A stretch of 64,000 nt of DNA from Candidatus Bathyarchaeia archaeon (GTDB taxonomy: Archaea; Thermoproteota; Bathyarchaeia; Bathyarchaeales; Bathycorpusculaceae): the NCBI GenBank assembly GCA_049970895.1, contig JBMFMB010000001.1, positions 135,544 through 199,543 on the forward strand, written 5' to 3'. Positions within the stretch are counted from its first letter, which is position 1; every line of letters begins with the position of its first letter. Shown here piece by piece: positions 51,113 to 60,108 of this stretch. The position numbers and the translations under genes are program-made. The notes under the pieces were generated by a model. It saw only the letters and a program-made list of their open reading frames with translations. It made no database searches and was not told the DNA's origin.

Positions 51113-51766
51113 GTGGCAACCAAAACAAAAACTGAAAAGGCAGAAGCGTTCAAAATTGCCATCTTACCAATCGACTCGCTAAAGCCCCACGAGAAGGGCT
51201 CCCCATTATATCTAGAAATGCTAAAAAGGGAGATTCAAAAGGACGATGTCTTAAAATATCCGATAATCGCCGATGAAAAAACAAACGTCATACTCGACGG
51301 AATGCACCGATGGCTTGCACTAAAAAGTTTGGGCTACACGCAAATACCAGTTCTTCAAGTCAACGTTTTCCAGAATCCCCAAATTCGCATCGGTAGGAGG
51401 CGCATCCACAGATACATTGGCAACTCAAACCCGCCAATAACAGCCGAACATGTGGTTGCAGCAGCCTTAAGCGGAAAACTTTTGGAACCAAGAACCACAA
51501 GGCACTTCTTCCCCTTCATGAAACCTCCAAAAATCAACTATCCGCTAAACTCTCTGGAAAAGAGCAAACCGCAGGATGTTTCCAAATATCTCGCAGAAAC
51601 GACGCCGGAAGAAAGCCGAAAAGCCATAAAAGGTTGGCTTGAGGAAATATCAGAAGAACTGGAATTCCTAAAACAGAGAATTGACGAGGTGGAAAAGGAA
51701 AGGGAGGAGTTCATAAACAGAATAAAAAACCTGAACTCAAACAACCACAATTTTTCCAACCCCTAA
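51113..51766 (+). CDS. ParB/Srx-fold protein, SerK/SbnI-like serine kinase candidate
   Basis: LKPHE, ILDGMHR, LEPRTTRH motifs; C-terminal coiled coil. Confidence 0.7.
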   Translation: MATKTKTEKAEAFKIAILPIDSLKPHEKGSPLYLEMLKREIQKDDVLKYPIIADEKTNVILDGMHRWLALKSLGYTQIPVLQVNVFQNPQIRIGRRRIHRYIGNSNPPITAEHVVAAALSGKLLEPRTTRHFFPFMKPPKINYPLNSLEKSKPQDVSKYLAETTPEESRKAIKGWLEEISEELEFLKQRIDEVEKEREEFINRIKNLNSNNHNFSNP

Positions 51767-51936
51767 TCCCCCTTTTGTCCATCTTGCCCGATACTTTTCC
51801 AGATAAGAGCGCTAAAAACTTTAGAGGGGTAGTGTATTTGCAAAATTTTCTCAACTACAAAATGACCTGGACAAGCATTGGGTTTTGGGCAAGTTTTAAT
51901 ACGTTTTGAGGCATCATAATAGCAGAGGCTTAAGCC

Positions 51937-53046
51937 ATGATCCCAATAAATGCTCCACAAATAGGCGAAGAGGAAGTTGAGGCTGTTGTAAAGGTTTTGA
52001 AAAGCGGCATCCTCACCAACGCGCTTGGTGCCGGACCAATGGTTAGGCGTTTTGAGGAGGATTTTGCAAGGTTTGTTGAGGCTAAACATGCCATAGCAGT
52101 GAACAGTGGTACAGCAGCATTGCACATGGCTCTTGCGGCTGTTGACGTAAAGCAGGGCGACGAAGTGGTTTTGCCAAGCTTCACTTTTGTGGCCACAGCT
52201 GAAACCGTCGTGCTGGCCGGAGCAAAACCAGTCTTTGTGGACATAGACCCGGAAACCTACAACATCTCTCCAGAAGCGGTAAAGAAGGCTTTGACTAAAA
52301 GGACTAGGGCGATAGTTGCCGTAGACCTTTACGGCACACCAGCAGACCTAAAACCGATAAGGGAGATAGCCGACGAGCACGGGTTAAAGGTTATCGAGGA
52401 TGCAGCCCAAGCCCACGGTGCAACTTATAATGGCAAGCCGGTAGGCGCTTACGCGGATGCCGCGTGCTGGAGCTTCTATGCAAGCAAGAACATGACAACA
52501 GGCGAAGGCGGCATGATAACCACAAATGACGATGACGTTGCCGAAAAATTGAGGCTTATAAGAAGCCATGGAGAGAAGGAGAAATACAAATCCATTCTTT
52601 TAGGACACAACTACAGAATGCCAGAAATGGAAGCAGCATTAGGCATTGTGCAACTGAAAAAACTGCCAAAATTCTTGGAAAAGCGGAGGGAAAACGCGGA
52701 AAGGCTAACAGCAAAACTCCGCCACTTAAAAAATCTCCAACTGCCACTTGAGCCTAAAGGCTGCAGGAACAGCTGGTACCTCTACACTGTGAGAGTTAAA
52801 GACGCGGACAGAGCGAAAAGAGACGCAGTTGTGAAAAAACTGAAAGGGGAGGGCGTAGGCGCCGAAGTATATTATCCTTGGCCAATCCATCTAATGCCCT
52901 ACTACCGCAAATTTGGAAAGGAGCGGCTTCCAGAAACAGAAAAAGCCTCAGAGCAGGTGTTTTCCCTACCAGTTCATCCAGGCGTCACAGCTGAGCAAGT
53001 AAACTTCATAGGTGAGGCTGTTTCTCGTCTGGTGGGGCGAGGTTGA
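51937..53046 (+). CDS. DegT/DnrJ/EryC1/StrS family aminotransferase
   Basis: VNSGTAAL, IEDAAQAHGA, SFYASKNMTTGEGG. Confidence 0.92.
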   Translation: MIPINAPQIGEEEVEAVVKVLKSGILTNALGAGPMVRRFEEDFARFVEAKHAIAVNSGTAALHMALAAVDVKQGDEVVLPSFTFVATAETVVLAGAKPVFVDIDPETYNISPEAVKKALTKRTRAIVAVDLYGTPADLKPIREIADEHGLKVIEDAAQAHGATYNGKPVGAYADAACWSFYASKNMTTGEGGMITTNDDDVAEKLRLIRSHGEKEKYKSILLGHNYRMPEMEAALGIVQLKKLPKFLEKRRENAERLTAKLRHLKNLQLPLEPKGCRNSWYLYTVRVKDADRAKRDAVVKKLKGEGVGAEVYYPWPIHLMPYYRKFGKERLPETEKASEQVFSLPVHPGVTAEQVNFIGEAVSRLVGRG

Positions 53047-53126
53047 AACAGCTAGGTTTTTATAGTTTATGCTGCTAGTATAGTGCCCTCACCGAATTTG
53101 GTGGTTTTGCGGGGGCACCCGGCCTT

Positions 53127-54461
53127 ATGGCAAAAACTAGGGTTATTATAATGGGCGCAGCTGGAAGGGACTTCCACAATTTTAACGTCTATTTTAGGGA
53201 TAACGACGCCTACGAGGTTGTGGCCTTCACAGCCACACAGATTCCCGGCATAGAGGGACGCATATACCCGCCGGAGCTGGCGGGCAAAAACTATCCAAAG
53301 GGGATACCAATTTATCCTGAAGAGGAACTTGCAAGGCTGATAAGGGATTTTGACGTCGACCAAGTGGTTTTCGCCTACAGCGACGTCTCCCACGAATATG
53401 TCATGCACAAAGCGTCGATAGCGCTAGCAAACGGCGCAGACTTCAGACTGATGGGACCGAAGACAACTATGCTTAAGGCTAAGGTGCCAGTAATCTCTGT
53501 AGGCGCCGTGAGAACAGGTTCTGGAAAAAGCCAAACCTCACGGCAAGTAGCAAAAATCTTGAAGGGCAAAGGCTTAAAAGTTGTGGTGATTAGGCATCCA
53601 ATGCCCTATGGCGATTTGAGAAAACAGATTTGCCAACGCTTCGCCACATATGAAGACCTTGACAAATACGAGTGCACTATTGAGGAAAGAGAGGAGTACG
53701 AACCCCACATAGACAATGGAGTAGTTGTATACGCTGGGGTTGACTACGAGAAAATTTTGAGAGAAGCCGAAAAAGAGGCAGACATAATCGTCTGGGACGG
53801 AGGAAACAACGACATACCCTTCTATAAGCCGGACCTCCACATTGTTGTGGCAGACCCTCATAGGGCGGGACATGAAATCACATATCACCCGGGAGAAGCC
53901 AACCTCAGAATGGCGAATGTTGTGATAATAAATAAGGTGGATACGGCGGACCCGAAAAACGTTAACCTAGTTAAGGAGGATATAAGGAAGGTTAATCCAA
54001 ACGCCACCATTATTGAGGCGTCGTCGCCAATAACCGCTGACAAGCCAGAGCTGATTAAGGGTAGGCGTGTTCTTGTCATTGAAGATGGGCCGACATTAAC
54101 CCATGGAAACATGCCCTATGGTGCAGCGACAATATTGGCGAAGCAGCTTGGAGCCAGCGAATTAGCAGACCCAAGACCATACGCTGTAGGCTCAATAAAG
54201 GAGGCTTATGAGGAATACCCTCATCTTGGGGCGGTTCTGCCAGCCTTAGGCTATGGAGAAAAACAGATCGAAGAGTTGAAAGAGACAATAGCCAAAACGC
54301 CATGCGACGTCGTTGTCATCGGGACACCAGTAGACCTAAGAAGAGTCATAGAAATTAACAAGCCAACAGTAAGGGTGAAATACGAACTCAAAGTTCTGGG
54401 GCCGCTGTCCCTAGAACAGATTTTAGAAGACTTTCTAGGAAAAGTGCATAAATATGGCTGA
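53127..54461 (+). CDS. COG2403 P-loop protein (cyclic 2,3-diphosphoglycerate synthase-like / arginine synthetase-like)
   Basis: GAAGRDFHNFN, RTGSGKS, RHPMPYG, WDGGNND, EDGPTLTHG. Confidence 0.85.
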   Translation: MAKTRVIIMGAAGRDFHNFNVYFRDNDAYEVVAFTATQIPGIEGRIYPPELAGKNYPKGIPIYPEEELARLIRDFDVDQVVFAYSDVSHEYVMHKASIALANGADFRLMGPKTTMLKAKVPVISVGAVRTGSGKSQTSRQVAKILKGKGLKVVVIRHPMPYGDLRKQICQRFATYEDLDKYECTIEEREEYEPHIDNGVVVYAGVDYEKILREAEKEADIIVWDGGNNDIPFYKPDLHIVVADPHRAGHEITYHPGEANLRMANVVIINKVDTADPKNVNLVKEDIRKVNPNATIIEASSPITADKPELIKGRRVLVIEDGPTLTHGNMPYGAATILAKQLGASELADPRPYAVGSIKEAYEEYPHLGAVLPALGYGEKQIEELKETIAKTPCDVVVIGTPVDLRRVIEINKPTVRVKYELKVLGPLSLEQILEDFLGKVHKYG

Positions 54462-54834
54462 AACGGACGAAATTTCACGGGTGAAAATAAAGTTTGTAAT
54501 TGAGGGTTTAGGCGAAGCTGAAGGGGAGCTTGTCCGCCACCTAGCCCCGAGAACAGTGGACATGATTGTCCGGAAACTCCCAATAGAAGGAAGAGCAGCC
54601 ATCTGGAAGGAGGAAGTCTACTTCGAAATCCCAGTAAGGATGGGTGAGGAAAAGGCAAAGGCTACCGTTGAAAAGGGAACAATAGCCTTCTGGCCCATGG
54701 GGAGCGCCTTATGCATATTTTATGGTGAGTCCCAACCCTACAGTCCTGTAAACGTTTTAGGCAAGGTTACCAAAAACCTTGAATTCTTCAGCAAGGTGAA
54801 AAGCGGAACAACCATTAAAGTTGAAAAGTTATAA
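54454..54834 (+). CDS. cyclophilin-like fold protein (DUF369-like)
   Basis: WKEEVYF, IAFWPMGSALCIFYG, SPVNVLG. Confidence 0.8.
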   Translation: MAETDEISRVKIKFVIEGLGEAEGELVRHLAPRTVDMIVRKLPIEGRAAIWKEEVYFEIPVRMGEEKAKATVEKGTIAFWPMGSALCIFYGESQPYSPVNVLGKVTKNLEFFSKVKSGTTIKVEKL

Positions 54835-55350
54835 GTATACGCTTTCACTCCAACTTTTCAAAAGCTTTTCACACTCTTCCTTGACATCTTTCTTGCGGGT
54901 TTTCTTCCTCAACGTTTCTAGGAATTCTATGCGCTTTTCCACTGAGCGCCTTTCGGCTTCCCCGCCATAATACATTTTTCCTTCGAGGTATTCTTTCATG
55001 TGATGGGCCTTTTGCACAAAAAGGCTTGCGGCGTCAACTGGATTTGCCACTGCATATTTATTTGCCCAAATGGAGGCTTCAGACTCCCGAAGCTGTGTGA
55101 AGCCATCTATTTCCACTATGCTTTTAATGTATGACCTCAAAAAGTCATAGTATCCAGCGGTTTTGACAAGCTTAAGCGCGGTTCTAACCTTCTGTTTGAA
55201 ATCTGGGCTTCCCTTAACTGTTAAGCGGTGTTTATAGCCTTTCCTAACAAGTTTTTCTGCTTCTTTAACTTCGTCGGTGGTGTACACTCTTTTGGGATAA
55301 GCCAAACCTTCAACTCCAACCGTGAAAATTTGGTAAGTGCCACCATACAA
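54829..55350 (-). CDS. hypothetical protein
   Basis: open frame co-oriented with rps25e; true start likely later (TTG of LAYPKR). Confidence 0.65.
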   Translation of the reverse strand: MYGGTYQIFTVGVEGLAYPKRVYTTDEVKEAEKLVRKGYKHRLTVKGSPDFKQKVRTALKLVKTAGYYDFLRSYIKSIVEIDGFTQLRESEASIWANKYAVANPVDAASLFVQKAHHMKEYLEGKMYYGGEAERRSVEKRIEFLETLRKKTRKKDVKEECEKLLKSWSESVYL

Positions 55351-55358
55351 TAAAATGG

Positions 55359-55688
55359 TTAGTCTACAGCCCTGTAAATCTTTATGTCATGGTTCCCGGA
55401 AACAAGCTGAACCAAACCGTCTTCTTCAAGCCGTTCTAGAAAGTCTTTAGCCGCACTTATCCTTATGTTGAAACGAGTTGCCACCGTGTAAGGCGTCAAA
55501 ACCCGCATCTTCTTTAGCTCCTCAAGAATCTTCTCGCCCTGAACGTCTGGCACAAATATTCCAGCCAGCTTTTTCTCTCTGGCCGCAGCCTTTTCCTTCT
55601 CTTTTTCCTTCTTCTTTTTCTCCTCCTCAGCCTTCCGCATCTGCATGCGTTCCATTTGCTTCAGGCTGAGCTTCTTCTTTCCACCCAT
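55359..55688 (-). CDS. rps25e: 30S ribosomal protein S25e
   Basis: MGGKKK basic N-terminus; LTPYTVA..IRISAAK winged helix. Confidence 0.88.
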   Translation of the reverse strand: MGGKKKLSLKQMERMQMRKAEEEKKKKEKEKEKAAAREKKLAGIFVPDVQGEKILEELKKMRVLTPYTVATRFNIRISAAKDFLERLEEDGLVQLVSGNHDIKIYRAVD

Positions 55689-55770
55689 AGGCAGATGTCT
55701 CCTAATCAATTTAAGCTATGGATAGATTCCATTTTCGCTTCTTATATACGTTGCTAGCCGCAGCGGTATA

Positions 55771-55795
55771 TTAAAAAGAAAGAGGGGAGAAGCAG
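55771..55795 (-). terminator. pyrimidine/U-rich terminator after the histone gene
   Basis: minus strand reads CTTCTCCCCTCTTTCTTTTT right after the stop. Confidence 0.45.
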
Positions 55796-55798
55796 CTT

Positions 55799-56020
55799 TC
55801 ATCTGCCCATAACTTTTCTGGCGGCAATCTCGATGTCTTCAGCCTTTATAGTCTTCCTTCCAGTGTGCATTGCAAAGTCCAGAGCTTCTTTTGCTATCTT
55901 TATCCCTATTTCTTCTAGGGCTTTTGCGAGTTCTCTTGCAGCTGCCTCACTCACACGGTCAGCTCCAGCTTTCTTACAAAGCCTGTGCATGGGGGCTATT
56001 GCCAACTCTAAATCTGCCAT
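55799..56020 (-). CDS. archaeal histone (HMf-type)
   Basis: ELAIAPMHRL..GADRVS..HTGRKTIKAEDI; GGAGG RBS. Confidence 0.95.
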   Translation of the reverse strand: MADLELAIAPMHRLCKKAGADRVSEAAARELAKALEEIGIKIAKEALDFAMHTGRKTIKAEDIEIAARKVMGR

Positions 56021-56181
56021 AAAGACCTCCTCCGTAGCCTCTTTCTTTATTTAAAGCAATATTTAACGTTTATTGCATCCAATCTTCCAAAATTGGGCAT
56101 TAAAGCCCAACTTTCTTTATTTAAGAGAGGAAATTATAAAAATGTCTAGACTTGTAGTTTTATGCTCAAAGTGACACCTCT

Positions 56182-56970
56182 ATGAAGCCACTAAAGTTTG
56201 TCGACGCCCATATACACCTATCAGACGAGGAGTACGCTAGAAAGATTGACGAAATTGTTTCAGACGCCAAAAACTCCAATGTTGTGGCTTTGGTTTCAAA
56301 CTCCATGAACCTTGAAACAAGCATAAAAAGCCTTGAGCTAGCCGAACGCTACAGCGGGATGGTTTATGCGGCTTTAGGAATTCACCCATGGAATGTAAAC
56401 ACATTGACTGAAGATGAGTTGCGGCAAGCAACGGAGTTTATAACGAAACAGAGACGGAATAAAGCCCTAATAGCCATAGGCGAAGTTGGTTTAGACTACA
56501 AATATGAGAAAATATGGGATAAACAGTTGATGGTTTTTGATGAAATGTTGCATCTGGCTGAGAGGCTAAACTTGCCAGTCATAATTCACTCACGTGGAAC
56601 AACCGCAAAAGTTGTAGATATGCTCCCTTCCTACAATTTGAAAAAAGTTCTTCTACACTGGTTTAGCAATCCAATAAGCGTTTTGCCAAAAGCCATCGAA
56701 ATAGGATGCTACATCAGTGAGGGTCCACCAACAGCCTATTCAAATGGCATCCGCGAAGTGGTTAAAAAAGTGCCATTAACAAACCTTTTAACCGAGACTG
56801 ATGGTCCAGTACGCTATTTCAAGAGTCCCTTTAGCGGGAAGCTGACAACTCCGGCTTTTATTCCAACGGTTGTTGGTGCAATAGCTGAAATTAAAGGGGT
56901 AAGTGTTGAGGAGGCTGCAGATCAGATAATTCGAAATTTTGAGGAATTTTTCGGAGTGAAGATAAATTAG
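56182..56970 (+). CDS. tatD: TatD family nuclease
   Basis: DAHIHL, GIHP, IGEVGLD, IIHSR, LLHW, LTETDGP. Confidence 0.92.
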   Translation: MKPLKFVDAHIHLSDEEYARKIDEIVSDAKNSNVVALVSNSMNLETSIKSLELAERYSGMVYAALGIHPWNVNTLTEDELRQATEFITKQRRNKALIAIGEVGLDYKYEKIWDKQLMVFDEMLHLAERLNLPVIIHSRGTTAKVVDMLPSYNLKKVLLHWFSNPISVLPKAIEIGCYISEGPPTAYSNGIREVVKKVPLTNLLTETDGPVRYFKSPFSGKLTTPAFIPTVVGAIAEIKGVSVEEAADQIIRNFEEFFGVKIN

Positions 56971-57080
56971 AGGAATTAAGGACGTAAATTTAAATTACCC
57001 CTTTATTGTTTATGAGTGTTCACTTTAATCGGGGCAAGCCGGGTGAACGCTAAGGATGGCTGCTTGGGGGACAATAAAGC

Positions 57081-57305
57081 TTGGGAAAAGTTCGCACAGA
57101 GCACATTAAACGCATAGCCAAAGAGCTCATTAGACGCTTCCCCAACAGGTTTTCCAGCGACTTTGAAGAAAATAAGCGGGCTGTCACCATGCTTCTGCAA
57201 GGAGCAACAACACGTGTGCGAAACCAAATTGCTGGATACATAACCCACATCTATTCCGGCATGGAAACGCCAGCGTCCACTGAAAGCTCTGAGGAGGGCG
57301 AGTAA
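57081..57305 (+). CDS. rps17e: 30S ribosomal protein S17e
   Basis: MGKVR..DFEENK..RNQIAGYIT. Confidence 0.95.
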   Translation: MGKVRTEHIKRIAKELIRRFPNRFSSDFEENKRAVTMLLQGATTRVRNQIAGYITHIYSGMETPASTESSEEGE

Positions 57306-57355
57306 CTTTATTAAAAGGCTTCTAGTCTTAGAAAAGGCGGATGAGGCTTTAGGCT

Positions 57356-57730
57356 ATGATGGACCAGTACAGGCGGGGGTGGGCTTTAAGATACTTACGT
57401 GAGGCAAAAGCAGAACTTGAAGCAGCGAGGAAAATGCCCTATATGGCTCCAAGCCTAATTCTAGAAGCCATAAGAAAGGCTAGAAACGCCATATACTACA
57501 GCCTAGGAGAACCAGCCTTCATAGAAAACGTTGTGAGAGAGGCTGTTGAAAAGATGCAGTTCGGAAACGATCCAGTTTTGAGATGCCTAATAGAAATCGA
57601 GGGGATGGTGCAGCAGCTGGCACAAATGGAAGAGGTAAACGAGGAAAAAGCTGTGAAACAAGCGGACAACTTAATACAATTAGCCTCAGAAATCGTCGAA
57701 ACCCTTGTAGGAGAAAAAGTGGAAGATTAA
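57356..57730 (+). CDS. helical hypothetical protein (HEPN-like pattern)
   Basis: YLREAKAELEAA helical start; family assignment weak. Confidence 0.6.
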   Translation: MMDQYRRGWALRYLREAKAELEAARKMPYMAPSLILEAIRKARNAIYYSLGEPAFIENVVREAVEKMQFGNDPVLRCLIEIEGMVQQLAQMEEVNEEKAVKQADNLIQLASEIVETLVGEKVED

Positions 57731-57744
57731 AGGTTTAAAGGCGC

Positions 57745-58923
57745 TTAACCTTTCAGCTTTTCAACAGCCTTGCCTATGCGGTCTATAGCCTTCTTAATGT
57801 TCTCAACGGAGTTAGCGAAAGATATACGCAAATAACCCTCGCCATACTTTCCAAAGGAAGTGCCGGGCAAAACAGCCACGCCAGCCTCATTGAGCAAGTA
57901 GTCCGAAAACTCCTTGGACTTCTTTCCAACGCCCTTTATGTTGGGGAAAACGTAGAAGGCGCCTTTAGGCTTTTTACACGTTATACCCTTAATGTTGTTT
58001 AAGCCTTCAACAATGACCTCTCTACGCTTTCTGAACTCTGCAACCATTTTTTCAACGGAATCCTGCGGACCTTTGAGGGCTTCAACGCCAGCCATTTGGA
58101 CAAAGGCACAAGTGCAGGAGTTTGAGTTAACCATCAGCTGTGTTATCTTTTCTGCTATGTCTTTCCGCATGACACCGTAGCCAAGCCTCCAGCCAGTCAT
58201 AGCGTAAGTTTTCGAAAAGCCGTCCAATATGATTGTCTTCTCCTTCATTCCCGGAAGCGAAGCAATACTTTCATGGGTTCCCTCATAGATTATTCTGCTG
58301 TAAATTTCGTCTGAAAGCACAATTACATCGTCTCTTTTGGTTATGCAGTCGGCAATAACCTTCAAATCCTCCTTCGTCAAAACGCCGCCTGTCGGGTTTT
58401 CAGGCGAATTCAAAATGATCATTTTGGTTTTCTTGGTTATCTTCTCCTTAACATATTCGTGGTCTAGTCTGAAATCGTTCTCCTCCAAAAGTGGAATAGG
58501 CACAGGTTTTGCTCCGACAAAGTTTATCATGGACTCGTAAATTGGGAAGCCGGGATTTGGGTATAGGACTTCCTCACCGCGGTCCACACACGCCAGTATT
58601 GCGAAGAACATTATTGGCTTTGCACCGGGAGTGACGACAACCTCTTCGGGGTCTACTGGAATCTTCCTAGTTTTTGAAATGTATTCGGCTATGGCTTCCC
58701 GCAGTTCTGGAATGCCGGCGGCTGGCACATAGTGGGTGTAACCAGCGTAAAGAGCCTTCACAGCGGCTTCCTTAATGTTCTTGGGCGTGTCAAAATCTGG
58801 TTCGCCTATTTCCAAGTGGATTATTTCTTTTCCTTGCCTCTCAAGGGCTTTTGCGCGGGCAAGCACCTCAAAAGCCGTTTCAGTCCCTAAGGATGCCATT
58901 CTGTCCGCAAATATGGAAATCAT
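57745..58923 (-). CDS. class I PLP-dependent aminotransferase
   Basis: GEPDF, NSPENPTG, SDEIY, GFSKTYAMTGWRLG; ATG at 58923 inferred. Confidence 0.92.
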   Translation of the reverse strand: MISIFADRMASLGTETAFEVLARAKALERQGKEIIHLEIGEPDFDTPKNIKEAAVKALYAGYTHYVPAAGIPELREAIAEYISKTRKIPVDPEEVVVTPGAKPIMFFAILACVDRGEEVLYPNPGFPIYESMINFVGAKPVPIPLLEENDFRLDHEYVKEKITKKTKMIILNSPENPTGGVLTKEDLKVIADCITKRDDVIVLSDEIYSRIIYEGTHESIASLPGMKEKTIILDGFSKTYAMTGWRLGYGVMRKDIAEKITQLMVNSNSCTCAFVQMAGVEALKGPQDSVEKMVAEFRKRREVIVEGLNNIKGITCKKPKGAFYVFPNIKGVGKKSKEFSDYLLNEAGVAVLPGTSFGKYGEGYLRISFANSVENIKKAIDRIGKAVEKLKG

Positions 58924-59007
58924 CAGCAACACCCAACATCCAAGGTGAATTGAAAGTAGCATGAAGAGAGTATTTAACCATTACAGTTGGAAGAGTGGAA
59001 AATCATG

Positions 59008-60015
59008 TCAAAAGAGCTTTGATAATGGACGCACCTTGACAACTTCGGGGTTAACCAGGTTAGGCGGAGTTCTGCCCTCAAAGAACGCAACCAAATTTTC
59101 AGCCACCATCTCAGCCATCCTTGAACGCGTCTCATAACTGGCACTTGAAATATGCGGCGCCACAACAACATTGTCGAGCTTAAGCAGAGGATTATCCACC
59201 GGCGTTGGTTCCTGCTCAAAAACGTCTAGGGCTGCGCCTGCAATCCATCCCTCCTTCAAAGCCTTATAAAGGGCCTTTTCGTCGACAACTGGTCCTCTGG
59301 AATTGTTAATTAAGTATGCGGTTTTCTTCATAAGCTTAAGCTTCTCCTCATTGATTAGGTGATAAGTTTCCTTCATCAACGGGACGTGGATGCTCACGAA
59401 GTCGGATTCCCTTAAAAGCGTGTCTAGGTCCACACGTTTTGCGCCAAGCTCCTTTTCAATCTCAGGCGGCATGGGCACAACATCGTAATAGAGAATTTTC
59501 ATGTTGAAGCCTTTCGCCCTCCGCGCAACCGCCGTTCCTATTCTGCCAGCCCCGACAATGCCTAATGTTGCGCCATAAACATCCCTGCCCAGCAACATGC
59601 TTGGATGCCAACTAACCTTCCACTGCCCAGTACGCACATACCTATCTGCCTCAACAACACGTCTTGCAACAGCCATAAGCAAAGCCCAAGCAAAATCCGC
59701 TGTGGTTTCTGTTAAAACGCCAGGCGTGTTTGTGACGTATATTCCCCTTTTTGTGGCTTCAGCAACATCTATGTTGTCAAAGCCAACAGCCATCTGAGCC
59801 ACAATTTTCAGTTTTGGCGCAGCATCAAAAACTTCAGCGTCAATCTTATCCGATAAGAGTGTGACTAAAGCGTCAACGTTCCTTGCTTTTCGTATTATTT
59901 CCGCCTTTGGAGGTGGACCATACTCAGGCCAGACCTCAGCTTCGAAACGTTCCATTATTATTTTCATGCCCCTTTCTGGAAGCTCTCGGGTTACGTAAAC
60001 CTTAGGCTTAGCCAT
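59008..60015 (-). CDS. gyaR: glyoxylate/hydroxypyruvate reductase (D-2-hydroxyacid dehydrogenase)
   Basis: [39 protein letters not shown]; ATG at 60015 inferred. Confidence 0.88.
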   Translation of the reverse strand: MAKPKVYVTRELPERGMKIIMERFEAEVWPEYGPPPKAEIIRKARNVDALVTLLSDKIDAEVFDAAPKLKIVAQMAVGFDNIDVAEATKRGIYVTNTPGVLTETTADFAWALLMAVARRVVEADRYVRTGQWKVSWHPSMLLGRDVYGATLGIVGAGRIGTAVARRAKGFNMKILYYDVVPMPPEIEKELGAKRVDLDTLLRESDFVSIHVPLMKETYHLINEEKLKLMKKTAYLINNSRGPVVDEKALYKALKEGWIAGAALDVFEQEPTPVDNPLLKLDNVVVAPHISSASYETRSRMAEMVAENLVAFFEGRTPPNLVNPEVVKVRPLSKLF

Positions 60016-60108
60016 AATGTTCACCTATGTGTGCAAAACACTTTATTAAAGCTCAACTTATTACATTTACGATTCGCTCCATTTAAAAGCCTCAATGGTG
60101 CCTGAAAG

